Of a stretch of DNA of 64,000 nt, positions 1-11,244 are shown piece after piece; the first letter of the stretch is position 1; each line of letters begins with the position of its first letter. A program made the position numbers and the translations under genes. The stretch is from Candidatus Eiseniibacteriota bacterium (GTDB taxonomy: Bacteria > Eisenbacteria > RBG-16-71-46 > CAVPCR01): the NCBI GenBank assembly GCA_963702435.1, contig CAVPCR010000004.1, positions 608,001 to 672,000 on the forward strand, in the 5' to 3' direction. The notes under the pieces were generated by a model that ran no database searches, was not told the DNA's origin, and saw only the letters and a program-made list of their open reading frames with translations.

Positions 1-2
1 TG

Positions 3-323
3 AAGACCGAGACGCTCGCCGACTCGCTCGCGGCCTACAAGAACAAGCGGAGCGGCGGCGCGCGCAACCGCTCCGCGGCCTACGAGCTCGCCCTCGCCGC
101 CGGGCGCGATCTCCGCCCGGGCGACCAGGTGTCCTACTACGTGACCGGGGAATCGAAGCGGGTGACCGTGGCGGAGGCGGCGCGGCTCGCCGCCGAGTGG
201 GATCCGGCCTGTCCCGACGAGAACGTGGCCTACTACCAGGCGAAGCTCGAGGAGCTCTACGCGAAGTTCGCGCCGGTCTGCGGCGTGGCGGCGCCGCACA
301 GGCAAGGCGAGCTCGGGCTCTAG
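3..323 (+). CDS. Family B DNA polymerase (Pol II-like), C-terminal fragment, 5' truncated by the window edge
   Basis: Frame is open from base 3: KTETLADSLAAYK...RNRSAAYELAL...RPGDQVSYYVTG...DENVAYYQAKL resembles the PolB thumb region. It ends in QGELGL, a beta-clamp-binding-like motif. Confidence 0.7.
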   Translation, partial: KTETLADSLAAYKNKRSGGARNRSAAYELALAAGRDLRPGDQVSYYVTGESKRVTVAEAARLAAEWDPACPDENVAYYQAKLEELYAKFAPVCGVAAPHRQGELGL

Positions 324-337
324 CCCGCGCGCCGGCG

Positions 338-772
338 CTAGCTCCCGAGGTCGACCGCGCCCGGCTCCTCGAAGGCGAGGATCACGGCGCGCTGCGCCTC
401 GGTCATCGGCTTGGTCGTGTCCGTCACGTAGTCGTACATGACCTGAACGCTCTCCGCGCGCGCCGCCAGGCGTCCGCCGGCGTGCACCTCGTAGGCGAAA
501 CGGAAGCTCTTCCGCCCGATCGCGCTCACCCGGAGCCATACCTCGCACGCATCGCCGACGAAGACGGGGGCGATGAAGTCGATCTCGGTGCGCGCCAGGA
601 TGAAGTCCACCTGATCGTAGGACTGGAGGCCGAACACGCGCTGCCAGTAGGCGGCGCGCGCCACCTCGAGGTAGGAGAGGTAGACGGCGTTGTTGACGTG
701 CCGCATCGCATCGGTGTCGCGGAAGCGGATCTGGATCGGGACGGCGAGGCGGAAGGGGGAGCGTGGTTCCAT
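338..772 (-). CDS. Acyl-CoA thioesterase (4HBT/hotdog fold)
   Basis: IRFRDTDAMRHVNNAVYLSYLE motif; start placed at ATG 772 (MEPRSPF). Confidence 0.9.
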   Translation of the reverse strand: MEPRSPFRLAVPIQIRFRDTDAMRHVNNAVYLSYLEVARAAYWQRVFGLQSYDQVDFILARTEIDFIAPVFVGDACEVWLRVSAIGRKSFRFAYEVHAGGRLAARAESVQVMYDYVTDTTKPMTEAQRAVILAFEEPGAVDLGS

Positions 773-896
773 GGGCGAAAGATAGGTGATCGGACGCCGG
801 CGGGCCAAGGGGGTAATGCGGCAATTGCGGTAGTATGGTGCGGCCGTCGGGCTCAAGGACACCGAACCGCGCCGGAGCGCGCGCAGGGAGGAGAGG

Positions 897-1904
897 ATGG
901 AGTACCGGAGACTCGGCGCCGCCGGGGTCAAGGTGAGCGTGATCGGCCTCGGCAGCTGGATCACCTTCGGCAAGCAGGTGGACGACATGGCGGCCGACGA
1001 TCTGGTCGGCCAGGCCCTCGATCTCGGCATCCAGTTCATCGACACCGCCGACGTCTACGCGAACGGAGAGGCGGAGGAGATCCTCGGCCGGGTGCTGCCG
1101 CGCCACCGCCGCTCGTCGATCGTGCTCGCGACCAAGGTCTACGGCGAGATGGGGTCGGGCCCCAACGATCGCGGCCTGTCGCGGAAGCACGTGATCGAGG
1201 CTTGCACGGCGTCGCTCCGCCGACTCCGCACCGACTACCTCGACCTCTACCAGTGCCACCGCTACGACCCCGAGGTGCCGCTTGAGGAAGTGATCGCCGC
1301 CATGGACACGCTGGTCCGCCAGGGGAAGATCCTCTACTGGGGCGTGAGCCAGTGGTCCGCGGTCGAGATCGCCGAGTGCGTGCACACGGCGCACGCGACC
1401 GGCATGACTCCGCCCAGCTCGAACCAGCCGATCTACAACCTGATCAACCGGAGTCTCGAGGTCGAGATCCTCCGCACCTGCGAGGACCTCGGACTCGGGA
1501 TCGTCTGCTACTCGCCGCTCGCGCAGGGAATCCTCACCGCCAAGTACTCGGGTGGGAAGGTGCCGCGCGAGAGCCGCGCTGCGGACAAGGAAGCCGGCGC
1601 GTTCATGCAGAAGCGGATGACCGCCGAGAACTTCGCGCGCGCCGACCGCCTGGCGGCGCTGGCGCGCAGCATGGGGATCACCGCTGCCCAGCTCGCCCTC
1701 GCCTGGTGCCTCCGCCATCCGGCCGTGTCGAGCGTCATCATCGGCGCCCGCACGCGTGAGCAGCTCGCAGAAAACGCCGGGGCCGCGGGGATTGTCCTCA
1801 CGCCGGAGGTCGAGTCCGCGCTCGAGGAGATCTTCGCGAGCGCTCCGCACGACCAGTACACCGGGATGCGCATCGGTTACGGGCACGAGCCGATCGGCTG
1901 GTGA
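897..1904 (+). CDS. Aldo/keto reductase (Kv-beta/Tas-like)
   Basis: GLGSW, IDTADVY, LATKV, SLRRLRTDYLDLYQCH and YSPLAQGIL motifs; GGAGAGG RBS. Confidence 0.93.
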   Translation: MEYRRLGAAGVKVSVIGLGSWITFGKQVDDMAADDLVGQALDLGIQFIDTADVYANGEAEEILGRVLPRHRRSSIVLATKVYGEMGSGPNDRGLSRKHVIEACTASLRRLRTDYLDLYQCHRYDPEVPLEEVIAAMDTLVRQGKILYWGVSQWSAVEIAECVHTAHATGMTPPSSNQPIYNLINRSLEVEILRTCEDLGLGIVCYSPLAQGILTAKYSGGKVPRESRAADKEAGAFMQKRMTAENFARADRLAALARSMGITAAQLALAWCLRHPAVSSVIIGARTREQLAENAGAAGIVLTPEVESALEEIFASAPHDQYTGMRIGYGHEPIGW

Positions 1905-1951
1905 GGCGGGGTCGAGATCGCGCCGACGGGGACCTGCGAAAGAGAGGGAAG

Positions 1952-2027
1952 TGGTAGCGGCGGAGGGACTTGAACCCCCGACACGCGGATTATGATTCCG
2001 CTGCTCTACCAGCTGAGCTACGCCGCC
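1952..2027 (-). tRNA. tRNA-Met (CAT), elongator type
   Basis: Reverse complement GGCGGCGTAGCTCAGCTGGTAGAGCAGCGGAATCATAATCCGCGTGTCGGGGGTTCAAGTCCCTCCGCCGCTACCA folds as a cloverleaf with CAT anticodon and encoded CCA. It lacks initiator hallmarks. Confidence 0.93.
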
Positions 2028-2104
2028 ACCGTCAGGGGGAGGAGATTAGCACAGGAGCCCGCCGCTCTGGGACGCGCCGGAGCCGGCCACGGGTGCTCGG
2101 CATG

Positions 2105-2180
2105 GCCGCGGTGCCGTGCCGGTGCTGCCGTCCCGACGGTGCCGCGGTGCCGTGCCGGTGCCGCCGTCCCGACGGTGCCG
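2105..2180. repeat. 36-bp tandem duplication (2 copies, 1 mismatch), intergenic
   Basis: gccgcggtgccgtgccggtgc(t/c)gccgtcccgacggt at 2105-2140 and 2141-2176. Confidence 0.85.
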
Positions 2181-2248
2181 GGCGCGCCGGGGCTCGCCCC
2201 CGGAGGGGGGCCGCCGCACCGCGGGCGGCGGGGCGCCCGGGCCCGTCC

Positions 2249-2277
2249 TTGACAACCCCGGGGGGCCTCCGTAGAGT
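2249..2277 (+). promoter_or_regulatory. Sigma70-type promoter for the OMP-like gene
   Basis: TTGACA-17 bp-TAGAGT. Confidence 0.75.
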
Positions 2278-2345
2278 CTCCTCTTCCCAATTCCCCCGCC
2301 GTTATGCGCGATCTGCACGTTTCTCATCGCAAAGGAGTGGGTCTC

Positions 2346-3390
2346 ATGGGACAGGGGGCGGGCCATCGCCTGATCGTGGTGGCGGTCGCCGCCGGCCTGG
2401 CCGCGGGCATCGCGGGCCAGGTCCTGGCGGCGGATCTGACGGGACGGTTGGGACTGGGCGGGTCTGTCGGAACGTCCCTCCTGGTCGGCGACTACGACTA
2501 CCGCAAGCACGCGCGCCCGCGGCTCACCTTGGATGCGCTGTTCAAGTACGGCTTCCGCCCGCGGTGGGCTCTCGTCGGCCAGTTCGGCTACGGCTGGAAC
2601 TCCTATGCGTACGAGGAGAGCTGGCTCTCCTCGCCCGATTACGCCGACCTCCGCGAGTCGTATGGGCTCGACCGCGACGGCGTCGAGAAGCTCACCGTCA
2701 TGTATCCGTTCACGGCGGGCGTCGAGTACCGGTTCGGCAAGGACACCTGGGTCCCGTATGTCGGAGCCGGCGGCGGCCTCTACATGATCGACCTCTTCCA
2801 CGACCGCCGGACCGCGATCGACTACCGCACGCTCGCCAAGCACCGTACCTACAACCTCGGGTTCTACGCGCGCGGCGGCATCGAGCAGTTCATCACCGAT
2901 GCCGTGGCCATGGACTACGAGTTCCTCGGCCACATCGTCTTCTCCGAGGACCGGGAGAAGTTCCCCTATCCGCGCGGCAACGACCTCGCGGTGTACGGCG
3001 ACGACTTCCTGCCGCACGGCGGCGATCTCCAGTTCCTCCAGATGCGCATCGGGCTGCGCTACTACTGGGGCGAGAGCGACGAGGAGCCGGTGTCCGGCGA
3101 AGCACCGCCGGCGGTAACGCCGGAAGGAGAGGTTCCGGAGGCGGTGACGCCGGAGACCGCAGCGCCGGAAGCGGTGACGCCGGAGACTGCAGCGCCGGAA
3201 GCGGTGACGCCGGAGACTGCGGCGCCGGAGGCCACGACGCCGGCACCGCCCGCCCCGCCGGCGCCCGAGGCGGTTACGCCGCCGGCGATTCCCGAAACGG
3301 CGCCGGCCGCCCCGCAGACGCCGCCGCCGGCCGCGCCGGAGAGCCGCGACGCCGCCCGTGACGCCCGAGAAGCCCGCGGGCACTCCGTAG
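2346..3390 (+). CDS. Outer-membrane beta-barrel protein with Pro/Ala/Thr/Glu-rich C-terminal tail; apparent +1 frameshift near 3342
   Basis: AAAGGAG RBS, signal peptide, amphipathic strands ([33 protein letters not shown]). Removing one base at ~3342 gives ...[17 protein letters not shown] with stop at 3388-3390. Confidence 0.75.
3111..3230 (+). repeat. 30-bp coding tandem repeat ([10 protein letters not shown] x3 plus one degenerate copy)
   Basis: gcggtgacgccggagac(c/t)gc(a/g)gcgccgga(a/g) units at 3141, 3171 and 3201. Confidence 0.9.
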
Positions 3391-3444
3391 CTCGACAGCT
3401 CGCCGCCCGCCCGCGCTCGGCGCGGCGCGGTCGAGGGAAGGACC

Positions 3445-4977
<1,533 letters not shown>

Positions 4978-4993
4978 CCGCTCCGGTCGCGAC

Positions 4994-5791
4994 GTGAGCC
5001 GAGAACGGCCTGCCGGGCCCGACGAGCCCTTCTTCCTGCCCGGGACGGCCGGTCGCGATGCGTGCCTCCTCGTGCACGGATCGACAGGCACCGCCGGAGA
5101 CATGCGCTTCCTGGGCGAGCACCTCCACGCGTGCGGCTACACGGTCGAGGGCGTGTCCCTGCCCGGGCACCGCCGCCGGCCGAGCGATCTCGAGGGGGTG
5201 GACTGGCGCGCCTGCTATCGCGCGGTCCACGCCTCCTGGCGGGCGCTCGCGGCCGCCCACGAGCGCGTGCACGTGGTCGGCTTCTCGCTCGGGGCGGCGC
5301 TCGCCATCCACCTCGCGGCGCGCGAGCCGGTCACGAGCCTCGTTCTCCTCGCCCCGGCGCTCTACGTCCACATGCGCCCGCGGGCGCTCATCAACGTCGC
5401 GACTGCGATCGAGCCGGGCATGCCGCTCGCGGCGTATGTGCGCTGGCACGTGGGCCTCGCCCGCTTCTTCCGGCTCGTGCGCGAGGACGTTCGCCACGTG
5501 TGCTGCCCGGTGCTCGCCATTCACGCGCGCGACGACGACACGGTGCGCGTGGAGAGCTCGCTGGCCGTGTACGAACGGGTGGCGACGACCGAGCGGCGGC
5601 TCCTCGTGCTCGAGCGCGGCGGGCATCTACTCCCGAGCGGCAGCGCGCGCGAGCGGACCTGCAGCGAGGTGGCGCAGCACCTGGATGCGCTCGGGCGGAC
5701 TGCGGGAGCGGGTGGGGGAGGGGGAGAGGAAACTGGAGAACGCGCGGGAGGAGGAGAGGGGACGGCGCGCGCGCCGCGCCGTACCGGCTAG
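4994..5791 (+). CDS. Alpha/beta hydrolase (carboxylesterase-like)
   Basis: LLVHG, nucleophile elbow GFSLG, DDTV, GGH. Confidence 0.85.
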   Translation: MSRERPAGPDEPFFLPGTAGRDACLLVHGSTGTAGDMRFLGEHLHACGYTVEGVSLPGHRRRPSDLEGVDWRACYRAVHASWRALAAAHERVHVVGFSLGAALAIHLAAREPVTSLVLLAPALYVHMRPRALINVATAIEPGMPLAAYVRWHVGLARFFRLVREDVRHVCCPVLAIHARDDDTVRVESSLAVYERVATTERRLLVLERGGHLLPSGSARERTCSEVAQHLDALGRTAGAGGGGGEETGERAGGGEGTARAPRRTG

Positions 5792-5826
5792 CGTGTAGCG
5801 GCCGGCGGCAGTGGCAGTGGCAGTGG

Positions 5827-6645
5827 CTAGGGCGTCCAGGGCGGGGCGGGCGCGGGCGGGGCCGGCACCGCGACCGCGTCGTCGAGACGCGCGAGGTCGT
5901 ACTGGAAGCCGGGGCGGAGCGCCGCCAGGTCGGCGGCCAGGTGCGCCACCTGGGCGCGCGATTCGGCGCTCGGCGCCCGCCGGTGCTCGGAGATGGCATC
6001 GAGGAGGAGGTCCTTCTTCTCGGCGAACACGACCGCCTCGCGCTCGCGATTCACGATCCGCTCGAGCACGAACTCCTCGCCGTGCGCGAGTCGCGCGAGC
6101 AGGTCCTCCTTCTTCTCGCCGCGCATGTGGGCCAGGATCCGTGCGTAGCGATCGAAGCCCAGCGACAGCTTCTCGAGCACCTCGACGATCGCCGTGTTCG
6201 AGCGATGCAGGCGCTGGCTGTAGGAATAGGCGAAGTGGTAGTAGGACTTGCCGCGCCCGATGTAGCCCTCCTCGATCGGCTCCTGCTTCACGCGCCCGCG
6301 CCGGAGCGGCGGGCTGGCGAAGGTGCAGGCCGAGAGCAGGAGGAAGTCGCTGGCCGTGCGCAGCACGCGGTAGCGGACGTGGGCGAGCTCCGAGCGGCGC
6401 AGCCGCTTGAACACCTCGCCGTCGTACTTGGAGAGGTAGCGGCGCGTGCGCTCGAAGGCCTCGGGATCGCCGAAGGTGGCGAGGAGCTGATCGAGATAGA
6501 CATCGACGTCCTCGATGTAGTTGTCCGGTCCGGCGAGGACTCCGACCTCCGTGCGCGAGCAGAGGAGGCAGTTCATGGTGAAGAAGTAGCTCGGCTGTTC
6601 GATGCGGCTCGTGCTGCGCGCGTCCAGCTGTCTCGGATTCACCAT
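5827..6645 (-). CDS. Hypothetical alpha-helical protein
   Basis: Coding-like composition, GAGGGG RBS, upstream sigma54 site; no family recognised. Confidence 0.75.
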   Translation of the reverse strand: MVNPRQLDARSTSRIEQPSYFFTMNCLLCSRTEVGVLAGPDNYIEDVDVYLDQLLATFGDPEAFERTRRYLSKYDGEVFKRLRRSELAHVRYRVLRTASDFLLLSACTFASPPLRRGRVKQEPIEEGYIGRGKSYYHFAYSYSQRLHRSNTAIVEVLEKLSLGFDRYARILAHMRGEKKEDLLARLAHGEEFVLERIVNREREAVVFAEKKDLLLDAISEHRRAPSAESRAQVAHLAADLAALRPGFQYDLARLDDAVAVPAPPAPAPPWTP

Positions 6646-6756
6646 GGTGGTCCCCTCGGTTCAGCGTCGCCTCCGGGTAGATCGGCCTCTGCGTGAACGA
6701 TGGCGCGCGCAAAGGGGTCCGCTCCTGCCCGGTGACCCGCTGGTGAGGCCAGGGGG

Positions 6757-6772
6757 AGCAACGCCCATGCCA
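6757..6772 (-). promoter_or_regulatory. Sigma54 (-24/-12) promoter upstream of the 5827..6645 gene
   Basis: Minus strand TGGCATGGGCGTTGCT matches TGGCAY-N5-TTGCW. Confidence 0.7.
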
Positions 6773-7189
6773 CCGCTGGCGGCGCCCCTGTCCGCAGCGC
6801 GACACTTTCCGCAGCGGCGACCGGCCTGCTCATCTCGCCTTTTCGTGGGGAGTTGCGAGGGCGACTCTGGAACAGCCGCCGGGCCGCGCCGGGGACCCGC
6901 GCCGGCGTTTCGCGGTGAGGCGAAGGCGGGGGGAAAGAACGCAGCCGGGAGTGGCTCCGGAGTTGCCGGCCGCGCGCCCGCGGGTGCAAAGCGCGGCTCG
7001 GCGAGCCCGCGGCTGGGGCAGAGAGCGCCCCGGCGGCGCGCATTGGCCCAGGAAGCCCGCTCCGGCTCCGCGCTCCGCGCCGCGTGGCGATCTGCTAGTC
7101 TTGTCCATCATGCTCCCGCCTGATACGCACTCTCATCATCGGGTACTGCAGCGGCGACGCGGGCAGATGCGAGCCGGGGCCGGCCACGA

Positions 7190-8527
7190 ATGAGCCAGCT
7201 CCTTCCTCCACTCCTTGTTCTCCTCGCCGTCGGAGCACTCGGCATCGTCCTCACGCGGCTGCTTCTCGGACGACGCGCGCGCATGCAACTCCTGGCGCGG
7301 CTCGCCGAGCAGCTCGCTGCCGCCACGGGCGGCAACGGCCGCACGATCCTCGAGGACGACGCGCTCGAGGACGAGCTGGCGCGCGTGGTGCGTGGCTACC
7401 AGAAGGTCGAGGGGCTCTCGTCGCGCGTTGCCGAGCTCGAGGCGGAGCGTGTGCTGGCGCGGCTGGCGGCGAAGGCCGGGGCGGCATCCGCGAACGAGGC
7501 TCCGGCCGGTGATGCATCCGCCGAGGACCTCTCCACGGCGGCGGTCGCCGGGGCCGGGGCCGCAGATACCGCCACAGAGGCGGCCGCAGCCGCCGCGGAG
7601 GCGGCCGCGGCGCAGTCGGCCGAGGCGGCGCTCATCCTGGACCAGGCGCGACGGCTGACCGAGTCGAGCTTCGTCGCCGGATCGGATGCCCTCGTGCGCG
7701 TGCGCGCGGCGCTCAAGAATCTCAAGGACTGGCGGCAGCGGCTGAGCGCGAGCGCGGAAGGCGGAGCGGGTGCGGAGAGCGCGGCGAGCGCGCTGCCTGC
7801 AACCGGTGTATCGCAGGCGGTCGGCGCGATGTCCTCGATCGGCGCGGTGCGCAGTGCGGCGGCAGGGAGCGTTGTGCCCGCCGGCGCCAACGGCGACACA
7901 GCGCCGCGCGTGACTGGAGCACCGCCGGGGCAAGGAGTCGCGGCGGCCGCGGCGATCCAGCCCAGCGCGGCGATCCAGCCCAGCGCGGCGATCCAGCCCA
8001 GCGCGGCGATCCAGCCGGCCGCGGCGACCGCGCTGGCCGCGGTCTTCACCTCGCTTGCCGGCGATGTCGCTCGCCTCGCCGAGTGCGCCCGCGGCTTGCG
8101 CCCCCTCGCCACGGCGGCCGAGACCATGGCCGGGCTCGGGCCCGCCGGCGATGGCGACGGCCTGCGGGGAGCTGTCTCGATCCGGGAAGTCGCCTTTTCA
8201 CCCGGCGCCGCCCCGCGCCGCCAGCTCTTGCTCGCCGCCCTAAGAATTCGCGGCCTGGTTGCCGAACTAGAGACAGGGCTCACCGGTCTGGGCACCGAGC
8301 TTCGAGTGCTCGGCCGCCTGCCGGCGGCGAAGCCGATCGCGAGCGACAAGGAGCGCGCGTCGAGGCGCGAGGGTCCCGAGCCGGCTTTCCTCCGGACGCT
8401 CTCGCGCCTCGAGATGCAACTCACCGAAGTGGCTGCCGATATCGCAGGCCTGACCCGCGATGCGGAGCACCTCTCCCGCGAGCTCAAACGGATCCGTTTC
8501 GCCGCGAACGGCCGTCCCGTCCCGTAA
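7190..8527 (+). CDS. Hypothetical Ala-rich protein with N-terminal membrane anchor and predicted coiled-coil segments
   Basis: Hydrophobic N-terminus (LLPPLLVLLAVGALGIVL); co-oriented with the downstream response regulator. Confidence 0.6.
   Translation: MSQLLPPLLVLLAVGALGIVLTRLLLGRRARMQLLARLAEQLAAATGGNGRTILEDDALEDELARVVRGYQKVEGLSSRVAELEAERVLARLAAKAGAASANEAPAGDASAEDLSTAAVAGAGAADTATEAAAAAAEAAAAQSAEAALILDQARRLTESSFVAGSDALVRVRAALKNLKDWRQRLSASAEGGAGAESAASALPATGVSQAVGAMSSIGAVRSAAAGSVVPAGANGDTAPRVTGAPPGQGVAAAAAIQPSAAIQPSAAIQPSAAIQPAAATALAAVFTSLAGDVARLAECARGLRPLATAAETMAGLGPAGDGDGLRGAVSIREVAFSPGAAPRRQLLLAALRIRGLVAELETGLTGLGTELRVLGRLPAAKPIASDKERASRREGPEPAFLRTLSRLEMQLTEVAADIAGLTRDAEHLSRELKRIRFAANGRPVP
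7949..8020 (+). repeat. 18-bp coding tandem repeat (AAIQPS x4)
   Basis: gcggcgatccagcccagc x3 plus gcggcgatccagccggcc. Confidence 0.9.
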
Positions 8528-8626
8528 TCCAAGCCCGTCCCGCCGGTTCGTGAACGGCGGCCAAGGGCCTCCCGCCGGCCGGCGGGCGACGTCTCCCTTG
8601 CCCAGCGCCACGCGCGCCGGAGCTGC

Positions 8627-10222
8627 ATGAGCGTTCAGCCGAATCCGGAGCCAGTCGAAGCTCCGCCGCAGCCGCAGCCCCCCTGGCTCCTCGTCGTCGA
8701 CGATCAGCGGGATACGCTCGCCGTTCTCGAGATCACGCTCGAGACCGAGGGCTACCGCGTTCGCTGCGTCGGGAGCGGTGAGGAGGCGCTCGCCGCCGTG
8801 GTGGACGAGGCCCCGGCCCTCGTCATTCTGGATGTGCGGCTCCCGGGCATCGATGGCTTCGAGGTCTGCCGCGCGCTCAAGCAGCGTCCCGCGACCGCCG
8901 GCGTCCCGGTCATCATGATCTCGGCCAACGCCGAGGAAGAGGCGCGCGTGCGCGGCCTGGACGCCGGCGCCGCCGAGTTCCTCGCCAAGCCGTTCTACCC
9001 GCGCGAGCTCCTGGCCAAGGTCTACCGCTGTCTCAAGGCCGCCGAGGACCAGGATCGGCTCTCCAAGCGCAATGTCGCGCTCGAGGAGGAAGCGGTACGG
9101 CAGCGGCTGAGCCTCGATCGCACCGAGAAGCGGCTCAAGAAGCAGGTCTACTCGACGCAGACCTTGATGAGCATGGTGCACGAGCTGGCCGGGTCGCTGA
9201 AACCGGACCAGCTCCTCAACTCCTTCATGCTCATGGTGCTCGGTCAGCTCGGCGCGAGCTCGATCTGTCTGCTCCTCCCCGCCGACAACTCGGAGAACGT
9301 GCTCCTTCCGCGCGCCAAGAAGGGCGTCAAGGAAGGAAACCTCGGGGCCACCTGCATCAACGTGAGCGACGAGATCGGCCGCTATCTCCGCGAGCGGAAC
9401 CGGCCGGCCGAGATCGAGTGGCTCATCCGGCGGCCGGGGCTCCGCCGCGGGCTCGAGCCGTTCCACGTGGCCGGCTTCCAGATCGTGGATCCGGTCGTGA
9501 TGAAGGGGCAGCTCGCGCTCGTTGTGCTGCTCGGCGAGCGCGTGAACGGCCATCCCTACGAGCGCGTGGACCTCGAGCTCCTGGCCAGCCTCTCTCGCAC
9601 GGCGGGAGTCGCGCTCGAGAACGCGAAGCTCTTCCGCGAGCTCCAGGAGACCTGCCTCGGCATCATCCGCACGCTCCTCTCGACCCTCGAGGCCAAAGAC
9701 ACCTATACGCGCGGCCACACCGAGCGCGTGGCCATGTACTCGGTGACCATCGCCGAGGAGCTCGGCATCGCGGGCGAGGATCTCGAGAACATCCGGATCG
9801 GCGCCACCCTGCACGACATCGGCAAGCTCGGGATCATGGACAAGGTGCTCAACAAGCCGGCGGCGCTCGACCGCGAGGAGCGCCAGCACATCATGAGCCA
9901 CCCGGCGCGCGGCGCCGCCATCCTCGAGGGGATCCGTTTCCTCGAGCCGGCGGTGGATCTCGTCCGCCACCACCACGAGTACATCGACGGCAGCGGATAT
10001 CCCGACGGCCTGAGCGGCGAGGAGATCTCGATCGGGTCGCGCATCGTCGCCGTCTCCGACGCCTTCGATGCAATGACCTCGGGCCGCGTCTACATGCAGG
10101 CGATGGCGGTCGCCGGCGCGCTCGACACGCTCAGGAAGAAGAGCGGCAAGCAGTACGACCTCAAGGTGGTCGAGGCGCTCGATCGCGTGATCACCAAGGG
10201 GACGCTCCAGCTCGGCATCTAG
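8627..10222 (+). CDS. REC-GAF-HD-GYP c-di-GMP phosphodiesterase-type response regulator
   Basis: REC (LVVDD, ILDVRLPGIDG, FLAKPF), GAF-like middle, HD-GYP (YTRGHTERV, LHDIGK, HHEYIDGSGYPDG). Confidence 0.92.
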   Translation: MSVQPNPEPVEAPPQPQPPWLLVVDDQRDTLAVLEITLETEGYRVRCVGSGEEALAAVVDEAPALVILDVRLPGIDGFEVCRALKQRPATAGVPVIMISANAEEEARVRGLDAGAAEFLAKPFYPRELLAKVYRCLKAAEDQDRLSKRNVALEEEAVRQRLSLDRTEKRLKKQVYSTQTLMSMVHELAGSLKPDQLLNSFMLMVLGQLGASSICLLLPADNSENVLLPRAKKGVKEGNLGATCINVSDEIGRYLRERNRPAEIEWLIRRPGLRRGLEPFHVAGFQIVDPVVMKGQLALVVLLGERVNGHPYERVDLELLASLSRTAGVALENAKLFRELQETCLGIIRTLLSTLEAKDTYTRGHTERVAMYSVTIAEELGIAGEDLENIRIGATLHDIGKLGIMDKVLNKPAALDREERQHIMSHPARGAAILEGIRFLEPAVDLVRHHHEYIDGSGYPDGLSGEEISIGSRIVAVSDAFDAMTSGRVYMQAMAVAGALDTLRKKSGKQYDLKVVEALDRVITKGTLQLGI

Positions 10223-10920
10223 ACCGCGCGCCGCCCGGCGCGCCGGCGAGCAGCACGCCCGGGCATCCCCGACACCCACGGGGATCCAGCCGCCGTGAAC
10301 CGCCATCTCTTCTCGCGCCACGGACCGGCGTAGTCCACTCCGATGCGCGTGGTCGCCTCGATCGCGCGCGGCGCCGTCCCCGCTTCGAGGAAGAGCTTGC
10401 GACCCGAGAGGCTGGCACCGGAGAGCGTGCGATCGATGGCGAGGGCCTGGCAGAGCCGGCCCGGTCCGGAGAGGAGCGCGCGGAGCGCGGGGCCGGGGTC
10501 CTCCGTTGCGCGCGCAAGGCGGGCCGGCATCAGCCCGGGGATCTCGGCATCGAGCTTCGCCGCAAGCCCGCGGTGATCCGCCATGACTGGAATCCCCTCG
10601 CGCGGTTCGAGCGCGCGGATGAGGACGGCCGCCGGGAGTCCGGGCGGCTCGCTCACGACGTTCAGGCAGTGATGCATGCCGTAGACGAGGTAGACGTAGG
10701 CGTGCCCGGGCGGCCCATACATGACCTCGGTGCGTTGCGTGCGGCCCGCCGCGGCATGGCAGGCGAGGTCCTCTTCTCCGATGTACGCCTCGGTCTCGAC
10801 GATAATCCCGGCGAGGCGCCGGCCGTCGAGGCGGCGCACGAGCCGCTGCCCGAGGAGCGCGCGGGCGAGCGCGAGCGTGGGCTGAGCGAAGAAGTCGGGA
10901 TCGAGACGGCGTGACGGCAT
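10219..10920 (-). CDS. mpg: DNA-3-methyladenine glycosylase (MPG/AAG family)
   Basis: IVETEAY, PGHAYVYLVYGMHHCLNVV, AVLIRALEP, GPGRLCQAL, TRIGV. Confidence 0.93.
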   Translation of the reverse strand: MPSRRLDPDFFAQPTLALARALLGQRLVRRLDGRRLAGIIVETEAYIGEEDLACHAAAGRTQRTEVMYGPPGHAYVYLVYGMHHCLNVVSEPPGLPAAVLIRALEPREGIPVMADHRGLAAKLDAEIPGLMPARLARATEDPGPALRALLSGPGRLCQALAIDRTLSGASLSGRKLFLEAGTAPRAIEATTRIGVDYAGPWREKRWRFTAAGSPWVSGMPGRAARRRAGRRAV

Positions 10921-11048
10921 GGTGACTCCATGGCGGCGATGTCGATCACGCCGTTGTCACGTCGGGGAGCGTGTCGCGGGCGCGGCATTCACCGTAACCA
11001 ATAGTCGCGCATGGGGAAAGTGGAGCCTGGGGGCATCCGGCGATGCGC

Positions 11049-11063
11049 CGGCACGACGCTTGC
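11049..11063 (+). promoter_or_regulatory. Sigma54-like promoter facing a structured intergenic region
   Basis: CGGCACGACGCTTGC has correct GG...GC spacing. Confidence 0.5.
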
Positions 11064-11074
11064 GATGACGGATG

Positions 11075-11202
11075 GCCGGCCGGCGGTGGGAGTCCGGGGC
11101 CCTTCAAGGTCGCCCGGGGCCCCGGGCTCCCGCCCCGGCCGGGCCATCTTCTGAAACGGTACAGGTAGCCAGTTGGCTACTGTTGGTAATCCGTTTCCAG
11201 AG
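11075..11202 (+). ncRNA. Candidate small structured RNA (two long hairpins)
   Basis: CCGGCCGG..TGGGAGTCCGGGGCC pairs with GGCCCCGGGCTCCCG..CCGGCCGG; TCTGAAACGG..GTAGCC pairs with GGCTAC..CCGTTTCCAGA. Starts near the predicted sigma54 +1. Confidence 0.3.
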
Positions 11203-11244
11203 GCGTCCGGGCCGTTCCGGTGAGTGCGGCGCCGCCGGAGGCCG

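Noticed and set aside
1952..2027. tRNA as an integration site, or as tRNA-Ile2/initiator
   Set aside because: No integrase or duplicated 3' end seen. The acceptor stem and the lack of three G:C anticodon-stem pairs favour elongator Met.
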